A stretch of DNA of 62,363 nucleotides, counting the filler. It is 10 parts of 10 records of this genome, joined end to end, with 100 filler letters (N's around TTAATTAATTAA, not from the genome) between each part and the next. Parts side by side here need not be neighbours in the genome. Positions count along the whole stretch, not along the records: positions 31,089 to 37,031 come from SRR7504441_5667; positions 37,132 to 48,906 come from SRR7504441_5669; 8 more parts are not named here. One strand, written 5' to 3'. A program made the translations under genes and the position numbers. The notes under the pieces are model-generated. The model made no database searches. It saw only the letters and a list, made by a program, of their open reading frames with translations, and had not been told where the DNA came from. Positions 33,881-47,600 of this stretch are shown here, one piece after another (the stretch's first letter is position 1; each line of letters begins with the position of its first letter).

Positions 33881-36354
33881 CTAGTTGAGTAGGTCAACCT
33901 CCATGCTCCTGCCGTCAAACACCAGGCTGGCCTTGAACGAGTCGCACAGCTCCGAGATCTGGAGCAGCCCGTCCCCGTTCAGATCCATCTCGCGGAATAG
34001 CGCCTCGCCGTCCAGCAGCTGATCCTCGGCCGCTCCTAGGTTCACCTCGGCTATGTACGACACAAACTCCTCGTGCTCGATCGTCCCGTTGCCGTCCGTG
34101 TCGATATAGTTAAACAGCAGCTTGACCAGCGGGTAGCTTTTCGTCAGCTGCTCCGCATCCACAGCCTGCCCGCCCGCCACGATCGCCAGCATGCTCGTCT
34201 GAACAAACTCCTCCATATTCACCCGGCCTGCCCCGTCGGCCGGTATTAAATCGGGCTGCCACCGCTCCCAGTACACGCTGATCTTGATCACCTCGCGCAG
34301 CAAGGCCGCCCACTCGGCGACGGGGACCAGCGGCGCCTCCGGGAACCTCCCAAGCAGCTTGAGCTGCTCAAACCTGGCTGCCAGCCTGAACCGGTTCTGT
34401 GCAATCAGCAGCCCGAGCGACTGCCTGTTCCTGGCCTTGAACGTCTCCAGGTCGAGCGCGGCTCCAGTGTAGCTCTTGACCTTTGGCCGCTCGCCCGGCT
34501 GCTTGAATCGCAGTATGGCGCCTTTGTTGGTCGAGCCATCGTAGTTGGAAGCAGAGAATATCGTGAACAGCGAGCGCCCGTCGGCCATCACCAGCTCCTC
34601 GCAGCCCTCCTCGATGCACTCGTGCGACCGCACCACAAACCGCACCCCGAGCGCCTGCCCCCGGCCTCAGCCGTGCCAGCGCGGCCCGAGTTGCCTGCAG
34701 CCACCCATCCGCATGCTCCAGATCGTAAAGCTGCCCGAGTCCGCGGTAGTGGTTGGGGGCGGTGTGGCAGTGCGGGGGCAGCCCCGGGCACTCGTACTGC
34801 AGCTCGGTCTCCGGGTCGCTCCACAGCACCTGCGTCCGCTGGCCTGTGCTCCATAGTCGCGGGGCGGTACCTCGGACACGAGACGCTGGGCCTCCGAGCA
34901 AGAGCTTAAGTCTAGCCCGCTCACACTCATCACGCTGCTCCGGTCAAACTGGTTGAGCTGGTCGAGGCAGAATGGCGGTTGGGTGCTGGGGGGGCCTCCA
35001 TGCAGCACCAGGCAGGTGTCGGGCACGATGCAGCCGAGCGGGATCTTGGTGAAGATCTGGTCAAAAAGCTTGAACAGCTGGTCGCTGTACTTCCACAGAA
35101 CCTCCTGGTAGAAGCCATACGCGGTGCAGATCAGCCGATCCTCGTGATTCCCGCGGTTGAGGAAGACCGTGGAAGGGAAGGCCACCTTGGCCGCCAGCAG
35201 CGTGAGCAGCACCTCTACCCCGTCAGCCCCTGCGCCCACTCATCCCGCCCCTGCAGGCCCACCCACCGCGATCCACGAAGTCGCCGTTGAACACGAACAC
35301 TCGCTCGTGCGCCGGGTAGCCCACGCGGTCGAATATGGTCCGGAGATCGTCTATCTGCCCGTGGAGGTCTCCGACCACCACCACTGGCCGGTCTGGTGAT
35401 GGTGCCGGCGTGAGCACGATGTTGGGCTCCGCCTCGAGCACCGCCAGCGCCTGCTCCATGATCGCAGCCGCGTCCGCCGGGCTGGGTCGGCATCCTAGCG
35501 CGGCCAGCCCAATGAGTCTCCGGACTGTCAGGTGAGTGGCCGGGCTCTGCTCCAGCCCGAGGTCCACAAACGGGAGCTGATTCCCGAGGGAGTCAAGCAC
35601 CGCGCAGATGGACGCCTGCCCGGGCTCGGCCACCGGGCCCCCGATCTCGAACGCCCCGTGGTCGGTCGGCGAGAACCCGGCGCACTCGAGCAGCGCAGCC
35701 ACTCCGGGCTTGGCGGTCTCGTCTGATTGGAGCGAGCCTGGCTGGTCTGGTTGGGCCAGCACCCCGCCGAGCGCCTGCTGCAGCCAGGCCACCGCCCCGG
35801 CCCGCTCCTCCGGCCCGTTCTGGTTGAAGCTCCCGATCGCCTGCCCGAGCGGGGTCTCGGTGCTCCGGACCTGCACCAGCTCCCCCCCCACTGGCCGGCC
35901 CCGGACCTGCCAGGCGGTGGAAGCGTCGTGCGCCGTCCACATCACCTCGAGCGAGTCCAGGTTCCGCTGCCCCCCGCTCGGGGCCCGGCCGCTCCAGGGG
36001 GTGCCTTGCGCGAGAGGAGCCGGTTGACCTCATCCCCGTGGTCCGCAGAGAACTTGGCTTCGATACGAGCGAGCGCCCGGGCCAGGAACACGTGCCGACG
36101 CTCGTCCGCCGCGTCCTGGCCGCCGGTGGGCCGCGGGGGCGGGCGGGCGGCACCACGGCGCCGGCCAGTGAGAAGTGGTCGGTCTGGACCCTTTTGCTCA
36201 GGCAGTAGGGCGGAGTGACCACGGCGGAGGGCGAGTCGTCCATCGAGGCGAAAGACTCGCGCATCGACGAGGCCGGGGTCAGGAACGGGAGCACGCTCGC
36301 CTCGTCGTCGCTCGACTCGTCGCCAGCCGAGGGCATCGCCACCACGCCAGCCAT
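33881..36354 (-). CDS. PPEF: PPP-family Ser/Thr phosphatase with C-terminal EF-hands (PPEF/RdgC-like); start approximate
   Basis: GDLHGQ, GDFVDRG, RGNHE, HGG, LWSDP, RSHE, FSASNY; EF-hands DTDGNGTIEHEEF and DLNGDGLLQISEL. Confidence 0.88.
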
Positions 36355-36419
36355 CCGCCTTGGAACAACGGCAGCTGCTTCATCAGCGCAGCGTTCATCG
36401 CGGCCGCTCAATCAGTGGG

Positions 36420-37031
36420 ATGCAGCAGGCCGAGTTCGAGGAGAGCTGCGAGCAGTGGAAGCTGAGCGGCCAGGTGGGCAGCATCGACGAGTACAACGCC
36501 CGCAAGGCCGAGGCCGCCCTGGCCAGCTGGCTCGGCGCCACCGACGGCAAAGCGGCCGGGAACGAGCACTTCAAAGCCGGTGCGACCGAGCCAGCGATCG
36601 AGTGCTACGAGCGGGGTCTGGCCAAGCTGGCCGGGCTGCCGGTGTGCGACTACACGCTGGCTGACGTCTCGCGGGCCCAGGCCAAGGAGATGCGGCTATC
36701 GCTGTTGCTCAACCTTACTGCCTGCCACCTGCGGCTGGAGGCCTGGCAAACCGCTATAGAGAAGGCCGACCTGGCACTGGCCGCCTCGCCCGGGCACCCC
36801 AAGGCGCTCTTCCGCCGGGGCTCAGCAAACGTCGGGCTCGGTCGGCTGCGGGTGCGGCGGGCGGGGGGCGGGCTGACAGCTGGTCCAGGACGCGATCAAC
36901 GACTTGGAGAAGGCGCTGCAGGCCGGGCCGAACGCCGCGATTCAGAAGGAGCTGGCGGCTACCAAGAGGAAGCTCAAGGATTCGCGCAAGAGCCACAACG
37001 TGCGCCCCAGGAGGGGGGGGGGGGGGGGGCG
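36420..37031 (+). CDS. TPR co-chaperone (Hsp90/70 carboxylate-clamp type), 3'-truncated
   Basis: KAAGNEHFK..YERGL..LLNLTACHLRL..KALFRRG..DLEKAL; clamp residues K, N, N, K, R present. Confidence 0.82.
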
Positions 37032-37131
37032 NNNNNNNNNNNNNNNNNNNNNNNNNNNNNNNNNNNNNNNNNNNNTTAATTAATTAANNNNNNNNNNNNN
37101 NNNNNNNNNNNNNNNNNNNNNNNNNNNNNNN
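37032..37131. other. Artificial contig spacer
   Basis: N44-TTAATTAATTAA-N44. Confidence 0.97.
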
Positions 37132-37263
37132 GAAAAGAAAATAGTCCACGGCTCTCAACAGTGACACCAGCACTGGCGCCTGGCGGCACCGGTGGCCACC
37201 GGTGAGATGCCACCGACCAGCCAGGGCGGGGTGTGACAGCGCAGTGAGCGTGCGCCGGCGTCG

Positions 37264-40200
37264 ATGACTGGCGGGCACAGCCACAGGGCGTGCTCTCCGG
37301 AAGCCCGGCGGGAATGGGGCGACCAGGCAGTGGAAGATGAGGAGGCTGGCGAGTTCGAGGAGGTGTACGAGGAGGCCACCCCGCTGCCGGTGGGCGAGCC
37401 GGCGGGCGAGGAGGAGCTGCGTGTGGGGATCGGGGAGGTCGGGGTGCTGCACTCGGAGGACGTGCTCGAGGTGTTCATGCTGTACGATATGGACGACTCG
37501 GGCACGGTCAACACGCGGGACGAGATGCTGCACCTCACCATGAACATGTGCTATCGAGCCAACCTGCAGGTGGACCCGGCCGCCCTGCAGGACACGGTAG
37601 CGCCGGCTGGCCGCGCCGCCCCCAGCTGGGCGTCAGGTGGACCAGATGTACGCGGCAGGCGAGGAGTGGCGGCCGCGCAAGTTCACGCGCTGGTTCTGTC
37701 GAGAGTTCAATGTCCGGATCGCTGGGCAAGCGCTGGAGCTGGAGGAGCAGCCGGACCAGTCGGTCAGCCCGGGCGACTGGGACGAGAACTCGGAGGGCGA
37801 CGATCTGTTCTATGCGGGGCCGGGCGATTTCGACGGGGTGGCCTCGCTCTGCTATAGGACGCACGACACGGACGACAGCGGGACGATCAACTCCGAGTTC
37901 GAGCTGCTGTTCATCACGGTGGACATGGCAGCCCAGCTGCAGCTCGATTTGTCCAGGGATGTTCTCCAGAGAGAGGTGCGGCGTAAGTGGGCAGCCTGCT
38001 CAGACGAGGGCGACGGTGCGTGCCAGCACACGGCTGGCGGCAGCTGGGCCGGCAGGCGAGCTGCGGCTGACCGAGCTCAAGCGCTGGTTCCACTTTACGT
38101 TCGTGCAGAGCCGGCCGAAAGAGGTGGGAGCTCTGGACGGCTGGCGGCCGAGCCGAGCGGCAGGAACATCCTGATAAATACCTAGCTGAGGTTGAGCGCG
38201 TGTCGAGCGACTCCGAGAACGACTCGTCCGGCAACGAACAGGAGGCCGGGGGCGCGCCGGATAAGGCGAGGCGGAATTGGCCGTGCAAGCAGCAGGCGAT
38301 GGCGGTGCGACCTCTGAGGGGTTCAGCTGACGTGTGGTGGGTGCAGATTCGGCGACACATTGTGTTCAAGGTAGTTTGGGCGGGCAGGTGCACTGGAGAC
38401 GGGCGGGGCAGGTCTTTTTGAACTTGTGCATCCTGGTCAACTGCATTGCGATAGCAATTTGGGACCCGAAAGACCCCGGCTCCCAGTATAACAAAATGCT
38501 AGATCACGTAGAGCTCGGACTGCTGATCGTGTTCACCGTCGAGATGGTCAGCTACTCGCAGCGTACAACTGAGCGGCTGGCAGGTGATCAAGATGGTCTC
38601 GACGGGGATGCGGCGATACTTCCAGTCAACGTTTAATCGGATAGACTTTGTGGTGGTGGTCGTGGGCTACCCCGCTCAGTTCCTCTCGACGTTCAAGGTC
38701 TGCTCATGCTGGTCACTGTCGGCTCACGGCCTGCCAGGTCAGCGTGCTCAGGACGCTCCGGCTTCTGCGGCCTCTGCGCTCGCTCAACAAGTGACTGGCC
38801 AGAGCAATGGGCTGCTCAGCTGTGCTGCAGGCAGAAAGATCTGATGATCTTGACTCGGACTCTGATCCTGTCGCTCTCTAAGCTGATCCCTGTGTTCGGG
38901 CTGTTCGCGTTTGTGTACCTGATGCTTGGGATAGTCGGCCTCCAGCTATTTATGGGAGACCTGAACAACCGGTGCTACGACGTCACTGTGTCGCCATACA
39001 CGATCGACACATCCAGCGACCGGCTGTGTGGCGGGTGATTGGACTGCGGATTCGGGCAGCGCTGACACAGTTGTGTGTGACTGCAGGTATCGCAAATGCA
39101 GTTCAGGGAATTCTTGTTACATCTCGCGCTCGTCGCCAAACTATGGGATCACAAACTTCAACAACATCGGCAACGCGATGCTGACCATCTTCATAGCTAG
39201 CACCACCGAGGGTTGGGTCGATGCAATGTATTTCCTGCAGGCAAGTCGCCGGCTTGAGCCTGCCAGCGAGCTGACTGGGCAGGACTCTTCCAACTGGTGG
39301 GGCGCCACAATCTATTTCGTGTTTGTGATTCTGATCACCTCGTTGTTTGTTATGGAGCTTGCCAAAGCGGTCATCCAGGTCTCCCGCCCACTGGGCCTGC
39401 AGGCGATTCCCTGAGCGAAATACTGCAGGATCGATACTCTGTGGTCGAGCAAGCCATGAACGCGGGCAAGGGTGTAGACAGCCCAGGTGACGATCCGATG
39501 AACGATCTGTTTAGCCCAGAGGGCTACCTTAAGGGGCGCGACGGGATGCATGCTTCAGCCAATGGGCAGCCTAAGCCACTGGGCAGCGGCGTGCTGATGA
39601 CATCTTCGGCTAATCTGATGTCCTCACAGGAGTTTGAAGATGACTTTGCTCAGATGGACATTAGCTCGCCCCGGGGAAGCCGCGCACCGTCCCCGGGCAT
39701 GCCAGCGGCCCTGCACTCGCCTGTCGGAGCCCCTGGAGAAAACCTCGGGGTTGGAGTGAACAGTATCTATGAGGGTGACCTCGGTGACTCTGAAGACGCG
39801 TCTGGGCCTGGAAAGCAGGCGCGGTCCAGGCGAGGGTCTGTTGGTACGGATGATTTTGAGGATATGAGCGGCGAGCTACCAGCTCAGCTGGACCAGCCTG
39901 CATCTGAGCCCAACCATGGGGCAGGGAGTGGGAGTGGGCAGAAGCAAAATACTGACCCGCCAACTCAACACTCACTCAGTGAGTCTACTTCGAGCCGAAA
40001 GGATCCCCTGTCACCCATGACGCCGATAACATCGCCTCGGTTTGTCAAACGAGAAAATATGCCATGTTTTGAACACGAGCGCTGGGACTGGTGTTGGGGA
40101 ACCAAAGGGCGGTGGAGTAGATATTGCCGCAAGTTGACTCGTTCCCAAAACTTTGAGAAGCTGGTGCTACTGATGGTAGTGCTTAACGCTCTGTCGCTCT

Positions 40201-43200
40201 GCTTGGAGCACACGAGCACTTGCACAGTGAATGGAATCAGACAAGCATGCAACATGGAACAAGACATGCGCACGGCTCTAGAGGTGACCTGAGCTTGCAA
40301 TGCAGCCGATGTGTAAGCCTCTGCCCCCGGTGATTAACATCGTGTTTCTGTCGATCTTTGTGATCGAGATGGCCATCAAGATGGCTGGGCTGGGTCCAAT
40401 CGGCTACTTCACATCCTGGCTAAACCTATTCGATGCTGCCACCGTCATTATCGGTATTATTGAACTCTCCTTCTCGGGGTCCTCTTCTGTGACTGCTATA
40501 CGGTGCCTGCGGCTTGCCCGGCTGGCGCGGATCTCCAGGGCATGGAAGTCTATGAACGACATGATCAATTCACTCGCTCTGGCAATGCCGTCTGTCGGCT
40601 ACTTTGCAATTCTGGTGATGCTTTACCTGTACATGTCAGCAGTTGTCGGCATGTCATTCTTTGGTGGGAGGTTCGACACGCAACATGGGCTGGAGACAAA
40701 TCCGCGGGCCAACTTTGACAACTTTGGCACGGCCTCACTCACTGTTTTCCAGATTCTGACTGGTGAAAATTGGAACGAAGTGCTGTATAATGGTGTCAAG
40801 ACAACCAATTATGCGGCAGTCTTATACTTTCTGGTAGTGTTTATGATTGGGGACATCGTGATTCTCAATTTGTTCTTGGCCGTCATTCTTCAGTTCTTTG
40901 ACGATGGTGACCCTGAATTATCAATAAAAGATGCCCGGAAGACGCTCAGAGGCATCTGTTGCCCTGTCCAGTGCTTTGGGGAGGACGACCTCGAGGACGA
41001 GGCCACAATGGGCACTGTATCAGCAGGTGATATCGTGAATAAGAAGGAGCGCCGTCGCCGAAAGATTGCAGCCAAAGTCACAACATCGCTGGCGCCTCAT
41101 AGAATCACATCCGCGCAGATGCTCACCACTAGTGCGGCGGAGTGCGACGAAGGGTCGATTGAGATGGAGCTGCAGTCACCCAAGTCACCCAGAAGATACG
41201 CAGCTGGCTCCCCTCGAGAGGCCAGACAAGATATGAGGTCGCCCACATCCGAGACAGAAATCGAGATTGTGGACATGTCCGTGTCGCGAATGATCCACGA
41301 TCGCCGGCGTGCGAAAGTGGTCAAGTCCGCATCCAAGCCATGGCACTACTGGTGTTTTCCGACAAAAACTGCTGCAGATCTGGGGGTAGGAACAGGAGGG
41401 AGGAAACTGCCAGATCATACGTCGCTATTCTGCCTGGCATCTGACAACAAGTTCCGCAGGGCGTGCGCACTCTTCATTCGGCAACCATGGGTAGAGAATC
41501 TCGTGATGTTTATGATTGTGGTCTCTTCGGTGGTACTTGTTTTTGACCTGAGTCCAGACAGGCAGGACTCTGGTTGGGGGGACAGAGTTCTCTGGGGATT
41601 TGACATTGGGTTTGTGTGCTTCTTTGGCCTTGAAGCCTCATTGAAGATCATTGCACAAGGCTTCATTCTGCATCGAAGAGCCTACCTCAGGTCAGTCTGG
41701 AATTGGCTTGACTTCATTGTGGTGATCACCTCAATCGTGAGTGTGGTACTGGCCGACCAAGACCTAGAGGTGGTCCGTGTGCTCCGGATCTTTCGCACGT
41801 TACGGCCACTTCGTACTGTAAAGAGGTCGCCATCTCTGCGTGTAGTGGTAGAAGCAACAATCCTGTGTCTTCCATCCTTCATCAACGTGCTGCTGCTTAC
41901 TGTGTTTGTAAACCTCGTGTTTGCTATCATAGCAGTGCAACTGTTTGCTGGAAAGTTTTGGCGCTGTGTAGACAGCGATGGTGTTACTGTTTGTGTGTCA
42001 TGGCATTCAAGCTACTGTACGAATGCGTCAGGCAACAATATCTACAATGCTGAGACCTGTGTGGCGTTTGGCGGTTACTGGAAGAACGAACAGCAGAACT
42101 TCGATAACATTGGCAACGCGATGCTGACATTATTTGAGGTTGCCTCACTCGAAATGTGGCTTGAGCCACTGTACGCTTCAATGGACTTGCCCAATACCAT
42201 CGGCCAGCAGCCCATACGCAACCAGTCGGCATGGTGGGCCATCTACTTTGTGATATTCATAGTAATAGGTTCATTTCTCGTGATCAATATATTCGTTGGT
42301 GCTGTGGTGGACAATTTTGAAAAAGCTAAACTGAATGCGAAAGGGGCCTTGATGTTGACCGAGGACCAGCAGAAGTTTGTGGAGTCGATGCATGTTCTCC
42401 TGTCGTTCAAGCCAGAATCCTTTCCGCATCCGCCTGAATACGACGCATGGATGGTGCATACACGAACCTTGTGCTACAGGCTCATCACCTGGGACTTTGA
42501 TGGTACAGGCAAGGGTAAGATGTTTGACCTAGCTATTATGTGTGCAATCTATGTCAATGTGCTTGTGATGGCAATGACTGTCTGGAACCCACCCTCATCA
42601 GGGTCATATGTCAGTCCAGGCTCAGACAATGCAGATAGTCTAGTCGACTCTGACTGGAATGTTTCGCTCAACTACATCAACATGGGCTTTACTTGGCTAT
42701 TCTTCCTCGAGATGGTAATCAAGATGCTTGGGCTAGGACTCGGCCAGTACTTCGATAACAATTGGAATGTTTTTGACTTTATACTGGTCGTGCTTTCTAC
42801 CCTTGGCTTCTTCCTGGAAATCTTCTTGTCCCAAGGGATGCCCCTCTCCCCACAGGTACTAATCCACCCTGCCTGCAACATCACTGACCCATATGTGCTG
42901 GCAGCTGCTCAGAGTTGTCCGTTCCATTCGATCTTTCCGCTTGATTCGTACTCTTCGGAGAGCCAGGAGCATCACGCGCTTGCTAGACACGCTCGTTACA
43001 GCGCTGCCTGCTGTGGGCAATGTGATCATGCTGCTTTCATTGACCATATTCATATATGCTCTACTAGGAATGGCGATCTTTGGACACATAAAGGTAGACT
43101 CGGGACCATATCAAGCGCTGAATTCGCATGCTAACTTTCATACTTTCAATGTGGCGGTGGTGACCCTCTTCCGATTCACAACTGGAGAGAGCTGGAACGC

Positions 43201-44308
43201 CGTGATGCATGACTGCATGGACCAGACCTCACCAGCCGCCTTCTTGTACTTTGTCACCTTTGAAATATTCTGTGGCTACTTAGTTCTTAACCTGGTGGTG
43301 GCAATTGTGCTCAATCGATTTCAGAAGGTGCATATTAGGCTGGATTGCACTGAGCGCTGGGCAGGTGATTGACTTGGAAAATGAGGTGGTGACGCCACAC
43401 CTTGTGCACCAGTACAAGGTGGCCTGGGAGACATTTGACACCACGGAAGAGTTTCTCGACGCTGATCAGCTTGATGACTTCATCACCAAGGTGGGGGGTT
43501 TGGTCGCTGCGGCCCGAAGCGACCGGTCGGGTGGCAGGTGCCCTGGCCACTAGGGCTGGGCCACCCTGAGTCCAAGGAGAGATATAACGACCCTAAGGCG
43601 CTGAGGGAGCTTAAGTCCACCATCCCACTGACCGGGGACGGCCGAGCTGTGCATTATGTGGAGTGCTTTGTAGCCATGTGCAAGAATGCGTACTCGTATG
43701 CTCCAACAGTTGCAGACATTCCGGAAAAGTCTTTCAAGGATTTTGTCATCGAAGTGTCCCACTTATTTCCGTCGCTCTATCAGGTGGCCACTAGCCCCGT
43801 TCTACTTCTGCTACTGTCCCCACCCCCTTGTTGAATGCTGCCTCCTCTCATAGTGACTCGCCCCTACCATGAGGCACCGCATTTGAGACTCTTGTGTATC
43901 GCCTGCGTTGAGCACTCCGCACGCAATCGGAATGGCCTGGCAGCTGAGCTGTTGCTCTGCCAGGCCACTCCGTTGCCGATGGAGCGTTCGATGCAGGGGA
44001 TGGGTATCATGCAGCTGGACGCGCGGGACTATGCCGTGCTGATGGAATCGCGTGGAGTTTACAACCTGAGTGACCTGATGGGCAGCACACATGAGACATT
44101 GAAAGCCGAGTATCGGATGCGGAAGCAGCACCGCAAGATTATCTTGGGTCATCTCGACAGCTTTGCTAATGTCGACTTGGTACTTTCACCGAGACATCGA
44201 GCAAGGGGGGACCGCGATGTTAAAGCAACTAAAAAGTTAAGAAGGAGGAGAGAGGAAGAGAGGAGGCTAAATGCAAACAGCCCCCTTGCAGACGAGGAAG
44301 TCAGCTGA
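37264..44308 (+). CDS. Four-domain voltage-gated Ca2+ channel alpha subunit (EEEE filter) with N-terminal EF-hand-like repeats and probable C-terminal SAM domain
   Basis: Four S4 segments (LRTLRLLRPLR, IRCLRLARLAR, LRIFRTLRPLR, VRSIRSFRLIR) and pore loops TTEGW, TGENW, SLEMW, TGESW. A 40-nt intron at 38124-38163 links the upstream EF exons in frame. Confidence 0.9.
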
Positions 44309-44639
44309 TCTTACTTCTACCGTGACCACGAGTAAATTAAATTGATTAATTAAAGTCAAGCCGAAGCCCATGTAACCCGATCTAGCTGCTATAATCATTA
44401 TCATAATCAATTTAAAAAGGAACATCAAATTATACATGTACGAGAACGTGGCAAAGTGAGCTCATGAATTTGTGTCTGATCATGATAAGGCGAGGAAGCT
44501 ATTGTCTATAGTACTTGGTATACGTATCAATTGTTAGAGCTCTTATACGTTGCAGACCTACGAGCACTCGTACGCAATGATTCTCTTTTGCCGTTGCGTG
44601 ACATAATTATTCTGTAGGAATGGGTGCAGCTGATTAAGC

Positions 44640-47600
44640 TCACAATGCCTCTGCTTGAAGAGTAGCTAATGCATATCTGGCTTGCGCTGCTTTGGCCTTT
44701 GCAGCTTTTGCAGCCGCCTCAGCTGCAAGTGCCTCCGCTTCGGCGTCGGCAGCTGCTGATTTTGCCATTGCGAGTTCAATCTGCTTCTGTCGACCAGATG
44801 CTGCATCCGATGGCTGCAAATGTGATGGCTCCTCGTCATCTATGATGATGGCCTCATGCTGGTTGGCAGTGTTGTGGCTAAGCCACTCCACTGCTGCAGG
44901 CACACCGGTGTTGCGAGTCGCCAAGCATGCCTCGGTCGCGGCAACCTGTGCATAACCCATCTCGACGAGCCAATTGACCACGACTGGGTTTGCTTCGGAA
45001 TCCATCTGAACTAACCTAGGCGCCATTTCTTCCTTGGTGGTTGTAACTGTGGCCTGCCGCTTTCTGGATGCAAAGTAGGCCTCCGATTCTGTCTTTAGCC
45101 TTCTCATGCGATCTGCAAATGCTTCGGATGGCTGCGCGGGCCCAACTTGCTTGCCGTGTGGATTAGGTGCTGCGTGGGGGTTAGGTGTTGCGTGTGGGTT
45201 AGGTGCTGGCGGGATTGGCGCCTCTGGGAGCAGCTCACCTCGCTTACTTCTGACGTATCTTACGAGATTTCCGATGTATCCCGAGAGTTCGTTGTATGTC
45301 AGTGCTGCAGACGATTGTGCGACCCCGAGCTCGGTGCCATCTGCTAGGACGACCTTGGCATTTTGTTGTTTCATGTCGTTCAGCCAGCGCATTACTTGGT
45401 CGCCCGTCATGTTGCCATCCAAAAAGCGGACCTTGACCGTTTTCTTTTGCCCAATTCGATGACATCGGTCCATAGCTTGCGCATGTACAAAGGGATTGAA
45501 CCACCTGTAGTTAGTTAATTACCGATCTTCAGGATTCGGGTTACCTATCGAGGAACAGGATATGGTTGGCCTCAGTGATGTTGAGCCCCGTTCCTCCTGA
45601 AGCTACCGTCGCAAGTAGCACCCGACAGTCCGTCTGCGTCTTGAATCGCTCTAACTCTTGCGCTCGATTCGATGGGGTGACATCTCCATCGAATCGAGCG
45701 CAATCAATCCCCGAGGAGGTCAAGGCCCCCTCGAGGAGGTCAAGGCCAGACTTGAAGAAGCTCAAAATAATCCCCTTATCGTTTTGCGGCAAGTTCTCCA
45801 CCCACTCGATTGCCTCCTGAATTTTGGTTGATACCTTAAATCCAGGTTGATCGGGGTTGATCGGGAGTGTAACATGCTCGCAGAACGATTTTCCCTCAAG
45901 GGACAATCGGTTTGCAAAGTCTTCACAACGGGGGCACGTCTCCTTTGCATCAAACAAATTTGCTTCAGCCACCAAATCTGCTTCAGCCAAACTAGTTCTA
46001 AGCTTGGTAGCTTCTCGGAGGCCAAAAACTAAGCCGTCGTAGGCTTTTTCAAGATCACCTTGATCGAGCTCGCCTTTTCCCGACGAGCTAAGTTGTTGCT
46101 TCATTGCAGAAATTGTAGATAAATGCGGAGTGAGTTGCTGCACAAGGTCATTTGCCCTATCTACAAGCTCTACCAAGAATCGCACGTGCGGGCCTGTCGC
46201 ACAACTTTGCGCATCATCGCGCAACTTCGCTGCCACGACAAATGCAGCACGCATTGTAGCCAAACCTATTTTTTCCTTGATGCAAACGTCATGGGCCCAG
46301 TGCCCGCAGCTTCCTCTACATATTATATTACCACAATCTTGAAGCTTGCACAGTGCTCCGAGGCTCCTGCCCTCGGCCTTACCCTCGGCCTTGTGATCTT
46401 CGTCTCCATCCTTGTCTTCATCCACATCCTGCAGAAAATGAAAGTCAGTTAGTTCATTCTTCGATTTCGTCGGCTCACCTCCAGACTTAAGGACGTTCGA
46501 ACGTTTCCACTGAAGCAAATGTGCTTTGGTTTAAGCTTTTCTTGAGGAAATGCCTCGGTGAACTGCTCAAAGTACTGGCTAAACACTCCCTCCGGAGGGG
46601 CATGTCCCCCGACTCTCTCGTACTCGCAAATTCTGCACTTTTTCTTCTCCTCTAAGCTCTTGAGCAGCCCCTTTCGTGTTGGGCTAAAAGGAATGGTAAA
46701 CTCGCGCCCGTTTGGCGCCAACGGGTGGATCAATGATAGCCGCATGCATTGCAAGCAGCTCATCATTTGCATGAATAATCTGTTTCTCTCCTGCCTCGCC
46801 ATCAAAGAATCATCGCCGCTCAGCATGTTGAACTGGTCCAGAATTTTTAGGAAGCTATCTTCATAGATGGCGTAAAACTGAATCTCTCGCTTCACGTCCA
46901 GCTCTCCGCCGACAAACTCCTTTGGCTCGAGCTGCCCGAACGTGCCGACCAAAACTTCCTTGCCCCGGCGCACCATGTATTTCTCCCGCCATGCCGAAAC
47001 TTGTTGTGCAGCGTCACTCGAGGAGAGAGCAGACAAAGCCTGCTCCCACCAACCAACTTGGGCTGCTGGATGCCTCACGTCCATGAACGACTGGATTGCT
47101 GCCATGTCTGCGATAGAATTGTTGTACGGAGTGCCTGTTAGGGGCACACTGTACTCCGACTGTGCTGCAAGCAGCATAGCACCAATTCCCCAAAATGCCG
47201 CTTGATTCTTAAGGAAATGCGCCTCGTCGATGATTAATGTCCTGAAAACCTGAACCCGGCCTAGCCCAGCAGCTCCGGTGCAAACAGCCGTCCGGATGAG
47301 CCTGCTGACGATGTCCGCGTCTGTCTCTCCGGGCATTTTGTGCTGATACGGAGCACTGCCGTGTGAGGCTTTGTACGTTTGATGAAGAGCACTGCCTAGA
47401 GGTCCCGTAAGTTGCGGAAACAAGACAGATGTTGCATGTTGAGTTGAGGCACCCTCCAAAGCCTGCCTCGCCTCCACTTGGAGGGTGTAGCGGGTCATCA
47501 AGACCCAAGCCGTACTGAGCACGCTTGGTGCGCCACCCAGAGACCACCGACGGGCCTCTCTTGAAGCCTTGCTAGTGAAAATCAGGATGGCGCTCGGGCT

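Noticed and set aside
106-44308. Stop-codon reassignment or frameshifting to explain fragmented ORFs
   Set aside because: Short introns restore the frames, and TAA, TAG and TGA all serve as true stops.
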